From: Azolla caroliniana | Taxonomy: Eukaryota > Plantae > Polypodiophyta | Assembly: GCA_043228905.1 (NCBI GenBank) | Contig: JBHGNT010000002.1 | Span: 310,001 to 374,000 of the forward strand | Length of the DNA: 64,000 nt | Direction of reading: 5' to 3' | Part shown: positions 1 to 10,580 of the stretch, one piece after another | Position numbering within the stretch: the stretch's first letter is position 1 | Layout: each line of letters begins with the position of its first letter | Notes under the pieces: model-generated | The model's input: the letters and a program-made list of their open reading frames with translations, nothing else | Database searches by the model: none | Told to the model about the DNA's origin: nothing | Made by a program: the position numbers and the translations under genes

Positions 1-2
1 AA

Positions 3-831
3 TGGGGCAATGAGGGTATAGTCAATCTAAAGAGTGAACTGGAGCATCTCATTCTCCTCACTGCCAGCAAATGCCTCTTGGGACGTGAGGTAAGAGATCA
101 GTTGTTATCTGATGACATGAGTAACATTGCCAATATTGATTTCCCCCCCCTTTTATTTCAGTTCATTTACCTCTTTCATTTTGCTTGTATTTTTTCAAGC
201 ACAATATGAGCAACGTGAAGTGATGAAGCGGCATGGGGAAGCACTCAATTATGATGTTTTGAGTGAGATAGATGTGTTGTATTAGTGCATAAAGGAGGCA
301 CTTTGTCTTCACATGCTGCTCATACTGCCTCTCCGTTATAATCACAAGGATTTTAGCGTGAAATCTAAGCAAGGCAATGAATATGTTGTACCAAAGACAA
401 GAGCGACCACATGCATCAAAAAGCTTAAAGCTTCCTCGTATGATATCGGATTTAAGAGTTCAAGTAGGTGAATCAAAGCTACCGAAGTAGGTTATGATAT
501 GCTTTGACAAAATCTAAATTTCGAAATTCAGGGCGAGAGACATGAAAGAAAAAGTAAAGTTGTGTCACAATTCAGGTAGAGACAGACAAGAGCAACCACA
601 TGCATCAAAAAGCTCAAAGCTTCCTCGTATGATATCAGATTTAAGAGTTCAAGTAGGTGAATCAAAACTACCGAAGTAGCCTATGATATGATATCATAAA
701 ATCTAAATTTCGAAATTCAGGGCGAGAGACATGAAAGAAAAAGGAATGTTGCATTTGCAAATTGGTTACCATACATATATAAGAATCCTGATACATATGA
801 TCCAGATAGGTTTGCCCCTAGACGTGATGAG
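3..831 (+). pseudogene. CYP51: Sterol 14-alpha-demethylase (CYP51G-like) pseudogene fragments
   Basis: Three collinear translated pieces match plant CYP51: WGNEGIVNLKSELEHLILLTASKCLLGREVRDQL (3-105), EVMKRHGEALNYDVLSEIDVLY*CIKEAL..HKDFSVKSKQGNEYVVPK (~217-396, in-frame stop) and AFANWLPYIYKNPDTYDPDRFAPRRDE (751-831). There is a large internal deletion and no heme-Cys motif follows. Confidence 0.85.
395..751. repeat. Two-copy tandem repeat, period 189 bp, interrupting the CYP51 remnant
   Basis: AGACAAGAGC(G/A)ACCACATGCATCAAAAAGCT...GGCGAGAGACATGAAAGAAAAAG starts at both 395 and 584. Confidence 0.9.
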
Positions 832-1201
832 GCTTCTACCTGGATTTTTATTTCAATGCCAGATCTTTTTTTTTGCCCAACAAAAGATACTGCATTAGTA
901 TTAAGAAATCTCCCTAAGGCCATACATACAAGATGTACCAAGGAGTCCCTTTTTTTTCTAAATTCTATATGTTGGCTTAAATAAATACTTCGGTGTAGAG
1001 TTGTCAAGATTCGAACTCTTGACATGACCATGTTATAATCGAGTGTCTACCCTCTGCCACGAATAGATGATCTCTTGGACCAATCGGGATGCTCAAAGTA
1101 CTTCATCTCTATCGATCTTGCGGCCGGATATTGGCAGATTCCAATGGACCCAAGAGATGCACATAAGACAGCTTTCAAAACACGCAGAGGCCTATTCCAG
1201 G

Positions 1202-1637
1202 TGTTGTCCATAGGCCAAAAATGGAAATTAGTTAAATATAATATGCTAGAAGTTAGGCGAGTAGGTAAGGGAGAATTAGGTAAAACGCCGAGTTTCGAGC
1301 CTCACAGTCAGTCGATCGCTCGACGTTGTATGAAGGAAAAGAAGTATATAAACCGAGGTCTGCGTACCTCGGCAAGGGGGAGATATGCAGAGCCTAGGGA
1401 GGTCGGTTCATAGTTATAACTATTGCAGTAATACATATGTATAGCTCTTGTTGTTTTCATCTATGTGTCATCACTTTTAAGGTCTCAACTACGTATACGA
1501 CCCGGGCTCTATTCTGGGTATGCTCTCCGTGTTCTCCCCCTAACGACACCTCCGTGCACCAGTCTTCACGATTACACTTCCCTTGATACCGATAGCTTGT
1601 AGGCATATCGAAGGTGTTTCTGGCAAAATGGTTAACA
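1202..1637 (+). repeat. Element B 5' LTR
   Basis: TG...CA ends; direct repeat of 34545-35033 lacking one ~54-bp segment; TATATAAA near 1345. Confidence 0.93.
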
Positions 1638-1642
1638 CAATT

Positions 1643-1655
1643 TGGCACGCCCGGT
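1643..1655 (+). promoter_or_regulatory. Primer-binding site of element B, complementary to the tRNA-Arg(UCU) 3' end
   Basis: TGGCACGCCCGGT 5 nt after the LTR; reverse complement of ...ACCGGGCGTGCCA, the plant tRNA-Arg(UCU) 3' end as recalled. Confidence 0.8.
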
Positions 1656-1659
1656 TACA

Positions 1660-2439
1660 ATGGTGAGATCACAGCGAACTACGTTGAAGACAACCTTCAG
1701 CCGCCATTACGGCGCCCAATCGCAAGCGGTCTCGGCCATCTGGCCGATGCCCTGAGCCAGTCGAAGGCACTTCCGACTCGGCGGTCACGGACCAGTCCTT
1801 CCTAGAAACATCAGAGGCTCACCGATTGCAATCCTCGCCACTTGCTACTCGATCGCGAGTCGAGTCCACACCAACCTCCCCACCAAGCCCTCTAGAGGTC
1901 ACCCACCCTGACCCTAACCCTTTTCCGGCTTTACCGGAAGACCCCGAATTCGATACCATACCATATCCTTACCCACGATACACCGACAACCCCGACGTGG
2001 AGTCGCACATCCGTGCCTTCATGTCCACTTGGCAGGCCAACCACTCAACCCAACGACTCTCACCTGCTGAAATCGAGGCCTCAAAAATTGCCGAGTTTAC
2101 GCTATCCCTCGATGGACCAGCTGCGCGATGGTAGTCTGGCCTCGACACCGGGGAGTTTGGCACCTTCCACGACGTTCACACATAGTTCCTAGAACTGTTC
2201 CATCGCGAAGTGCCCAAACGAGAATTGCTCCGGCAGTTCTTCTCCATGCGACAAGAACCGCACGAGACGGTTGCACAGTTCACGATCCGGTTTCGGGATC
2301 TCTACAGACAAGTGGCCGACGATGTCTGTACACAACACATTCCGGACGCATTCCTATCCAGCCTACGGGAGCCTCTATGAACGACTCTTGCACTTACTAA
2401 TTTTGACAACCAAACGATCGAGCAAGTCATAGCGCGCGT
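1660..2439 (+). pseudogene. Element B gag, 5' part
   Basis: PRYTDNPDVESHIRAF..EFTLSLDGPAARW, Retrotrans_gag-like, with stops and frameshifts; interrupted by element C. Confidence 0.75.
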
Positions 2440-2978
2440 TGTCGTGAAGAAAACTGGGCATAGGCGGAATCGGAGAAAAAGGCGCATGAACCGGCTCTTA
2501 CACGGATGGGCGCATGAATTGATATTTTGATATTTTGTACATGATTCATAAATGGATCGGCTGATGTAAATACTAAGTAGTACACATTTATTAGGGGATT
2601 GTGCGTATCTCCGTTAGAGGGAACAGGGAATAAAGCGATTTGACTAGGGAGAAAGGGCACCCCCCCCCCCTTTTGGAACTATTTAAGGAAAAGAGAGAGG
2701 GGAGAGAAGGGGGCGCGCGTTGGCGAGGACTGAAGTGTTGTTGCAGAACCGAGTGCCGGTCTCCCTCTCTCCTCAAATCGTTGTTCTCTACGGGTGTCGG
2801 GTGTTCGCTGCCTCTGCTTCATGGACAGCCCGTTTGCTTCCAGTAGAGTCTCTCTCCTTCCCCTTTCCCCTCTTGTTTCTTCAAGTCGTGTGGCTGTCGT
2901 CGGTGTGCGTGAGTAGGACCCCGTGTCGGGTCCATTACCTGCCGGTTGTAAGCTACTGACTATAGTAATTAGATTCCT

Positions 2979-3042
<64 letters not shown>

Positions 3043-3105
3043 TGGTTCAAGACCCTCGTGGTCCCGCCTCTTTCTCCACGCACACGTGTAACAACGCGAC
3101 ATATT

Positions 3106-3120
3106 TGGTGAACCCGACGT
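3106..3120 (+). promoter_or_regulatory. PBS complementary to tRNA-Trp (element C)
   Basis: TGGTGAACCCGACGT, reverse complement of the plant tRNA-Trp 3' end ...CACGTCGGGTTCACCA as recalled; the same PBS recurs at 7425-7440. Confidence 0.85.
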
Positions 3121-3145
3121 AAAAGGGCGGCAAAGGAGTCGAAAG

Positions 3146-5280
3146 ATGAGGGGATCAGAGCTAGCAGAGGCAATGGCGGTAGCCGTCGACCGACTGGTAA
3201 GTGCTCGTGAGGGGACGGGTACCCTCGGTAGAGCCATTGAATCGATCGTCGGCTCTATAGGCCTGTTCGGAGGGAAAGATGCCACAAGTTATTTGGAGGC
3301 TTACCGGGCCGAAATGATCATGAGGGATATCCCGGTGGACAGGCGGCTGTCCGGATTCCCTCGGGTGGTGACGCCGGGCACCCACGCGGAGGTGCTCGAG
3401 GTGTTGGCCGGATGCCAGACTTGGGAGGAGTTCGAGCTGCAGCTCCTCGAGAAGTACGAGTTTGATGACTCGCTTCAGCTTTCGAGGCGGGACTTCATGG
3501 AGTGGGTGGAAAGCCCCGGAAAAGGGAGGAACACGTCAACGTTCCTCTAGGAGTTTGAAATACGGTTCACGCGGCTATCGACGTTGGACCGGACGGTGCT
3601 CGAAACGAGTCGAGTACTACTGTTTGTCAAGTCGGTGGACACGCTCGACAGGGAAAAGGTGGGCCCCCTATTGGAAACGGACGAAGGGCTCATGGCAGAC
3701 TGGGCCGTGGTAAAGCGGGTTTGTAGCCGTTTTGATAAACGACGCGATTGGAGTGACGAAAGCTTGTTGGGGTCAGGGCCGGTCCCGGGAGGGGGCTCGA
3801 GGAGCCGGTATCGGTGCCGGCCAGTAGGAAGGAAGAGACCTGAATCTGGCCAGAGTCGGGGTCGGCATCGAACGACGTGGTCAGAGGCCCATCCGAAGGA
3901 GCGGCTCTGGAGGAGCTGACACAAATGGTGCGCGACCTATAGATCGCAGAGGCCCGGAGAGACAGCGGCGAACAACCTCGCGACCGGAGGCCGCCAGCTG
4001 GGCAGCGGTGCATGTGGTGTGACGCGATCGGTCACATTCGGAAGGATTGCGCGGATTTCGCCGACGCGCTCAGGACCAACGTGGTGTACCTCTGGAATGG
4101 GCGGGTGCATGCGAGCAAGACCCGAAGAGCCCTAGAACTAAATACGGGGCGCGACGGAATGAAGAGGTTGATGGAAGAGGCCACGACACGGCACGTTGAA
4201 GCCGTTAACTACTCAGTGTCGGCGGGAATTCGGGTCGGGGGTGATGAGACCGGGAAGGCAAAGGACCCCGGATTCTGGCCGCTAGTGCTAGAAGGCCTCT
4301 CCGGAGTTTGGCTAAAGAAGGAAGAGGCGGACCGCGCGGAGAAGAGGGTCCAGAAGGTCACCGGTTGGGACGATATGGTCGAAGAGAAAACGGGCTTCGT
4401 AGAATCCGCTTGCCAAAACTATGAGGTTCTGGTGGAGGACAAACGGGCAAGAAAGGCCGGAGGGGTCGGTCCCCCGCAGAGGTATGAGACCCGGTTCGGA
4501 CCGAAACTGACCGGTGCCGGCAACCCAGGCGCGTCAGACGGAAAGAAGCAGGCGGGGTTTCGGTTGAGCACCGAAATCGAAAGGACCACAGACCTGCGAA
4601 AGGTCCTGGAGGAACGTATCCTCGACAGTAAAGTGGAGCTGTCGTTGTGGGAGGTGTTGGGAATCGCCAAGAGGGAGTTCCACGACTCCATCGTAGACTT
4701 GGTGAAGTGGAAGAGGCTCTCAACGGAGCCGGAACTGGAGAAGCCAGTGGAGGTGCGGACCACGCACTTGGAAGACGCGGCCCTAGAAGACGAGTTGGCG
4801 GGAAGCCACTACACGAAGCCGCATTGGGCCAGGGCAACTACGTAAACCCCTGTACGAATCGACAATGTTCCGGAACCGGTGGTGGCGTTGGTAGACCATG
4901 GATCTGAAATCAACCTGATGTCCATGGATTTCTACAAGAGGGGTAAATGGCCGATCAACACCAAGCACGGCTGGAAAATACGGGCAGTGACACGCGCCAC
5001 GGAAGAACTACATGGAGCTTGTTCGAACGTACGGGTGAAAATCGGCAATGTCGAGATCGACCAACACTTCTTCGTGCAAGAGACGTCCTCGCATCCGGTT
5101 ATACTAGGAGAGCCATACATCACGGCGGCACGGATGGAGACCAAGGTGCTGGACAACGGTTCAGCCTATGCAAGAGTTAAGGCCCAGGACGGGCGTCACT
5201 TGGTCCAGTTCCTGACGGTGCGACCAAACCATGAGCGTAACCGCGAGGCCCTCGGCAGCGAAACCCGAGGGGATTTTTAG
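3146..5280 (+). pseudogene. Element C gag-protease ORF (disrupted)
   Basis: Zinc knuckle CMWCDAIGHIRKDC (~4009-4050) and protease VALVDHGSEINLM..PVILGEPY (4879-5280); internal stops and a frameshift. Confidence 0.85.
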
Positions 5281-6747
5281 AGAGGGCTATCAAGGCGTGG
5301 GGCCACGATAGTCTGGACACCCGGGAAGAACCCCACAAATGTACAGTACGGAAGAAGACCTGTACCATAGGTAGGAAATTTTGGTTCTCCGACAACGGAG
5401 GTTGTACTATGGCCGGCGTTAGCGGCTGGGAAAGGAAGCGAGCGGAGGAGTGGCTCAGGACATGCGGAGTCCTCTCCCCCGACGAAGAGATCAGTGGGGC
5501 CGTGGAGGCGCTCTCTTTTGACGACACCTTGGGCGAGTTGCGAAAGGTGGTCGGTGAAGACCTTAGAGAAGACCGGACTGTTCCGGTAGGTTCGATGGGA
5601 ATGTATGAAGTCATCGCAGACTTCGGGGAGAGGATCGAGTCGGATTGGACGGCCCGTGTGGATACAAAGTACAAGACTGTGAACCGGAAGGTGAGGCCAG
5701 TCGCGACACCCTTGCCGAAGGGCAACGAGGAGCGGATAAAAGGGGTCGCGTCGGACCCGAGTTTACGGAATTCGGCTGGCATAGGGCACTGGTTCCCCGA
5801 CATAACGCTACGGGAGCTCAAGGTCGGTGGGGGTGGCTTTCAACTGCCGACGGAGGAGAACAGGTTTCGGAGAATGCTCGGAAGGCATGGAAAAGCCTTC
5901 GCGTTCTCGCCGGAGGAGATCGGGTGCGTGGACCCGACGATCGTTGAACCGATGGTGATCTTCACGGTACCGCATGTACCGTGGAATCTCAAACTGATTC
6001 CGGTGCCAAGAGCTCACATCCCGAAGTTGATGGAGCTTCTGAAGCAAAAGGTGGAGATGGGCATCCTCGAACCGTCGAGTGCCCCGTATTCAAATCGGTG
6101 GTTTACAGTGCCGAAGAAGAACGGCACGCTACGCTTCATTCAGGACCTGCAACCGGTCAACAAGGTGACCATCCGTAATGCAGGAATCGGACTGACCATA
6201 GACGAGTTCGCGGAGGCCTTCGCTGAAAGGTCGATCTATTCGGTCGGTGACTTATACTCGGGGTACGATCAGTTCCAGCTAGCCGTGGAGAGCAGGGATA
6301 TCATGACGATGCGAACTCCTCTCGGCCTGGTACGAATGTGTACCCTACCACAAGGCGGAACAAATTCGGTGGCGCATATGGTGAACGCAATGAACAAGGT
6401 GCTCAGGGACTGCGTCCCGGACATCACCATGCTATTCTTGGACGACATCCCGATAAAGGGGTGTCCGGTGGATGACGCGGACGAGACTGTCGGGCCAGAA
6501 GGATGCCGGAGGTTCGTCGTGAACCACATCAGCAATTGCGAGAAGGTGCTGCAGAAGCTCGAAAAAGCACGACTCACCTTCTCCGGAGAAAAATCGACGT
6601 TCGGGCAGTCGGAGATCTTGGTGGTCAGACACCTGTGCGGGCCCTACGGTAGGAAACCGTCTCCGGCAAAACTGGAGGCCATCTCAGCGATGAGGGATGA
6701 TTGCGGGTCGGTCACGGAGGTCTGCAGATTCTTGGGAGCATGCGCGC

Positions 6748-8990
6748 TGTCTTGAAGATTTTCGTCCACAAGCGGAAACCCGAGCAACGAGAGCCAAAGA
6801 GCGATGTGCAACGTTGCACACGTACATAATGTATTTGTAATAGTAATAAAGGTATAAAGGTGATGTGGTTGTACGCACATCCACGCAAGAGAGAGAGGTA
6901 CTATGCGGTACATAGGTACCTAGTTGTTTGTGAGGAGCTGGGAGTTAAGGGGCCATCAATCTCACCCTCCCCCGAATCAAGGCAAATATTCCTTTTGAAT
7001 GGAAGGGGATATTTTAGTGTCACTTTTGTAAGTGGTCTTCCCTCCTTGTGCTATAAAAGGAGAGAGAAGGCACCATTGTGGGGGTTGCCTATTTTGTGTG
7101 AGTAAGGTATACCACTTAGTCGAGGGTTCTACTTCTTCCCATTTCGTTTTAGGGTTAGGGTTTCGGTTACGGTTTTCTTCTTGGGTTTTCCTTTAGGGTT
7201 TTTCATATAGTCGTTTGGTGCGGCCATGGCGGCCACCATTTGTTGTAATCATTCATTTCTTAATAGAATTTCTTGTTGAGTATCTTGATTGCATCCTCTT
7301 CTTCTATCATAATGTCATATTCGTTCTCTTCTCCTCTTGAGCTAACCTTTCTCCTCCGCTCCCTAGTCCAAGACCCCCGTAGTCCCGCCCTTCTACACGC
7401 ACGCGCGTAACAACGCGACATCTTTGGTGAACCCGACGTGAAGGGCGGCAAGGGAGCATGGAGATGGAAGAAGACTTTGACTTCGAGGAGATGATGACAA
7501 AGATCGTGATGGAAGCCGGACGGAAGATGGCGAAGCGAGATGCGGCTCAACAAGCCGTCGAAAGGGTGGTCGATCGAGTCGGCCAGTTCAATGGGAATGA
7601 GGTCCTAAAAATCTTGGGAGCCTACAAGGCCGAGATGGCGAAAGGGGGCGTGGACGAGGCGATGCGACTAGAGTATTTTCCGCGATTGGCGGCCGTATCG
7701 GTGCACAAGGACGTCAAGGAGCTACGAGAAGCTCACGAGTCATGGGAGTCCTTCGAGGGAGCTCTATTGGAAGCGTACGGATACGCGAAACCAGAGTGGG
7801 TATGCGGGCAACCCGATGGGGAGCGGTCGGCAACAACATGGCCCGCGAACGGCGGAGAAGAGAGAGCGGCGAGTGAGTACGCACTACTGCCGAAAGAGAG
7901 CTCAACGCAAAACGGTTTGGAGGAGCTCGACCTAGAAGCGCTAATACGGGAGGCATGCGAGCTTGTGAAGGGGAAAATCGAAGCCGAAGAAGGGCTTATT
8001 ATGGAGTCGGGCCGGAGGCGATTGGAGGATGAGGAGGCCGAAAGAGAATGGTACATCGGTACCACGGGAGAGGGTGCGGAGCGAGCCACCCTCTCGACAT
8101 GCGGAGAAAGATCGACCGAGGACGAGGTCGGGGACGGTGAGGCGGCGATCGCCGATTCGAGCGGACATGAGGGGGTTCGGGCACGGAGGCTCGGAACATC
8201 GAGTGGGGAGAAGACGGGCGGTGGTGCCGCGACCTTACGCACACCAGGCCTAGAGTCTCCGGCAACCGGCCCGAGAGCTGGTGTGAGACCTAGAGTGACG
8301 GGCGGTGGCGGCGTCAAGGAGGACGACCACGACGACGACGATGTGGGAGAGGGTGCGGAAAGAGCGACTCTCTCGTCTTGCGGCGAATGGACGGCCATGG
8401 AGGCCGGTAACTACGGATTCGGGACATGGCGACCTGAAACATCAAGGGAGGAGGAGACAAGCGGAGGTGCCGTGACCATACACACACCGGGCCTAGAGAC
8501 TCCGGCAACCGGCCCGAGAGCCGGTGTGAGACGTAGAGTGACGGACGGCGGCGGCGGCAAGGCGGGCAACCAAAATGACGAAGAGGAGGTTTGTAGCGGA
8601 CGGAGGCGAGATCCCTCGACACCGGGGCCGGAGACTTCAGCGGTTGCGGTGAGGATGGGCGGTGGCCGTGAGGATGAGAGGCCCGGAGTGGGCACGTGCG
8701 AAAAGACCAAAGGAGAGGTCCGGAGCGGCATCGAGGAGCGAGTCGGGAACCGACCCGACCGAAAGATGAGCCGGTTGGTAATCCGACCCGACCGGGAGGC
8801 GGAGCGGAAGAAGAGTGAAGCGGGGGCCGGTCAACCGGGCACGAACCGAAGGAAGCCGGTAAGACCGGGATTGTTTGATCGATTCGTAGCCGACCAGGTA
8901 CGGTTACGGTGGGAGCCGGTGAGAGCGAGAAGGAGGCCTAGTGGGCACGGTGATCACGGCTTGCTAGAAGACCGAGAGCGAGAGGGACCT
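6748..8990 (+). mobile_element. Element C2: 3'-truncated relative of C (LTR 6748-7420, PBS-Trp, gag-like ORF) inserted in the RT of C
   Basis: The LTR begins TGTCTTGAAGA and ends CGCGTAACAACGCGACA, followed by TGGTGAACCCGACGTG. No 3' LTR; host pol resumes near 9000 (EPLYGLLKK). The right boundary is approximate. Confidence 0.85.
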
Positions 8991-9200
8991 TCCACACCCA
9001 TTCTAGAGCCTCTCTACGGGCTATTGAAGAAAGGGTGTGGGTTCGAGTGGAGGACGGAGCACACAGAGTCGGTCCGGAGACTAAAGGAGGCGCTTACGGT
9101 AGCGTCGGCCCTCCGTAATGTTGGGAGACAGTTCCCTCCGGATGGGAAGAGAGAAGAGGAGTACCCGGCTACGAAGAGCTGGATGACGCAGACCCGGTGA
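7458..9200 (+). CDS. Gag-like ORF of C2 with an acidic repeated C-terminal region, reading through into host pol
   Basis: The N-terminus (VDRVGQFNGNEV..AYKAEM) aligns by eye with element C gag (VGSIGLFGGKDA..AYRAEM); GEGAERATLS..TPGLExPATGPRAGVR is duplicated. Confidence 0.6.
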   Translation: MEMEEDFDFEEMMTKIVMEAGRKMAKRDAAQQAVERVVDRVGQFNGNEVLKILGAYKAEMAKGGVDEAMRLEYFPRLAAVSVHKDVKELREAHESWESFEGALLEAYGYAKPEWVCGQPDGERSATTWPANGGEERAASEYALLPKESSTQNGLEELDLEALIREACELVKGKIEAEEGLIMESGRRRLEDEEAEREWYIGTTGEGAERATLSTCGERSTEDEVGDGEAAIADSSGHEGVRARRLGTSSGEKTGGGAATLRTPGLESPATGPRAGVRPRVTGGGGVKEDDHDDDDVGEGAERATLSSCGEWTAMEAGNYGFGTWRPETSREEETSGGAVTIHTPGLETPATGPRAGVRRRVTDGGGGKAGNQNDEEEVCSGRRRDPSTPGPETSAVAVRMGGGREDERPGVGTCEKTKGEVRSGIEERVGNRPDRKMSRLVIRPDREAERKKSEAGAGQPGTNRRKPVRPGLFDRFVADQVRLRWEPVRARRRPSGHGDHGLLEDREREGPSTPILEPLYGLLKKGCGFEWRTEHTESVRRLKEALTVASALRNVGRQFPPDGKREEEYPATKSWMTQTR

Positions 9201-9713
9201 GAACCGAATGAGGAGTACCTGGCTACAGAGAGCCGGATGGTGCAAACCCGGTATGAACCGGATGAAGAGACATATTCGTAAATATGTTTCTGAGAGTCCA
9301 TCGAGGCTATATTTGTAAATAGCCGAAAAGTCATATTAGTATAAATATGACTTAGGGCAAACTTTTAGTTGTTGTCATTTCTGTTTTGCACGAGATTAGA
9401 GCGTGTAACAGTGTACAGAGAGAGAGAGAGAGAGAAAGAGGTCGTTGCCTCTGTTGTAACCGCCGCCTGTGGCGAAGATCGTGAGCACGAGGTCGTTGCC
9501 TCCGTGAACTCACTGTTTGTACATTCCAACATAGTGATAGTTTGTAGCCTGTGGGCTGCCGTGGTTTTTCCCTTGGTTTGGGTTTTCCACGTAAACATCC
9601 TGTGTACCTTTTTCTCTCCTTTGTGTCGTGCATTTAGTTCCCGTTTTTCTGTGTATGATTCTAAGCTCGGTTGTGGCCGAGCGTTTAGCATAAGGAGCGT
9701 TGAGTTCCCGTCA
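9119..9713 (+). mobile_element. Solo LTR of a Ty1/copia family related to copia-2
   Basis: TG...CA, perfect TSD CGTAA (9114-9118 / 9714-9718); shares blocks (TCCCTCCGGATGGGA, GAGGAGTACCCGG, CGCCGCCTGTGGCGA) with the reverse complement of 42249-42841. Confidence 0.92.
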
Positions 9714-10368
9714 CGTAAAGCGGTTTACGGCAAGGGCGTCCCCATTTGCGTAACGGTGGACACGAGCCCGATCGGGATCGGGTGGGTAATCAGTCAGGAG
9801 GACAAGGACGACGTACGATTCCCGATCCGGTTCGGGGCGAAGGTATTGAGTGAGCGGCAGCGAGGATACGCCCAGGTATTGAGTGAGCGGTAGCGGCAAC
9901 GAGCTTTGGGGTATCGTTTCGGCAGTCAAGGCCGACCAGGACTATCTTATCGATACGGAGGTGATCATCGAGATGGACTGCCTGCCGATACTCGGCATGG
10001 TTTCCGGATGCGCGATGCCGGACCTAGCAATGCTCTAGTGGATAGTGTACATTAAGTCCCTCAACCTGGAGATACGACACATCTCCGGAAAGGATAACAC
10101 CATGGCCGACATGCTTTCGAGAGCAAGGTTCAACGACGAAGACGGCATGGTTTCGGATGACGAAGAAGTCGGCAAGGACTTCTTCGGGTCGGCTAACGTA
10201 ACGACGAGGGAAAGGGACACTCCGGCGCTTAATGAATTTGACGAAAGCAAGTACAACAGGGAGTGGCTCCAAATCGAGAGGTTCCTACGGACGATGATGC
10301 TGGACGCAGCATGGACGAGAGAAGAGGCGAGCCGGGTACGGAAGAAGGCGTATCGATTCTTCCTACGG

Positions 10369-10580
10369 TGTCATGCCTTTCGGCTCCGGATCATTGCGTG
10401 AGTCGGGTGGGAACCACAGAGGTCTTGGACTAGGAGAAAGGAGTTCGTGAGATAGAGATTAATTATGAGTAAATAGCAAAGAGAAAGATAAGAAACTCGT
10501 GAATCACACGAGTATACTATATTAATTGGTACTTAGGGTGTTAAGAGAGAAGTAGATAGTGTGCAACCTACACTACGACA
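10369..10580. mobile_element. 212-bp solo-LTR-like insertion
   Basis: TGTC...GACA termini; 4-bp TSD ACGG/GCGG; removal restores host FFLR-DKCIWRHPK in frame. Confidence 0.8.

Noticed and set aside
1000-1026. Hairpin TGTCAAGA-TTCGAAC-TCTTGACA with a minus-strand B-box-like GTTCGAATC
   Set aside because: No A box or clear boundaries; at most a truncated SINE head.
2981-3040. ORFs with ERERER or LSLSLS runs (also near 12325, 13293, 18519, 27478)
   Set aside because: They are translations of (CT)n microsatellites inside LTRs, not genes.
7148-7200. TTTAGGG/TTAGGG telomere-like motifs in the C2 LTR
   Set aside because: Only two or three scattered units; ordinary telo-box-like motifs, not a telomeric array.
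5177-8731. Long minus-strand ORFs (214, 221 and 106 aa) over elements C and C2
   Set aside because: Shadow frames of GC-rich sense coding sequence with no recognisable motifs.
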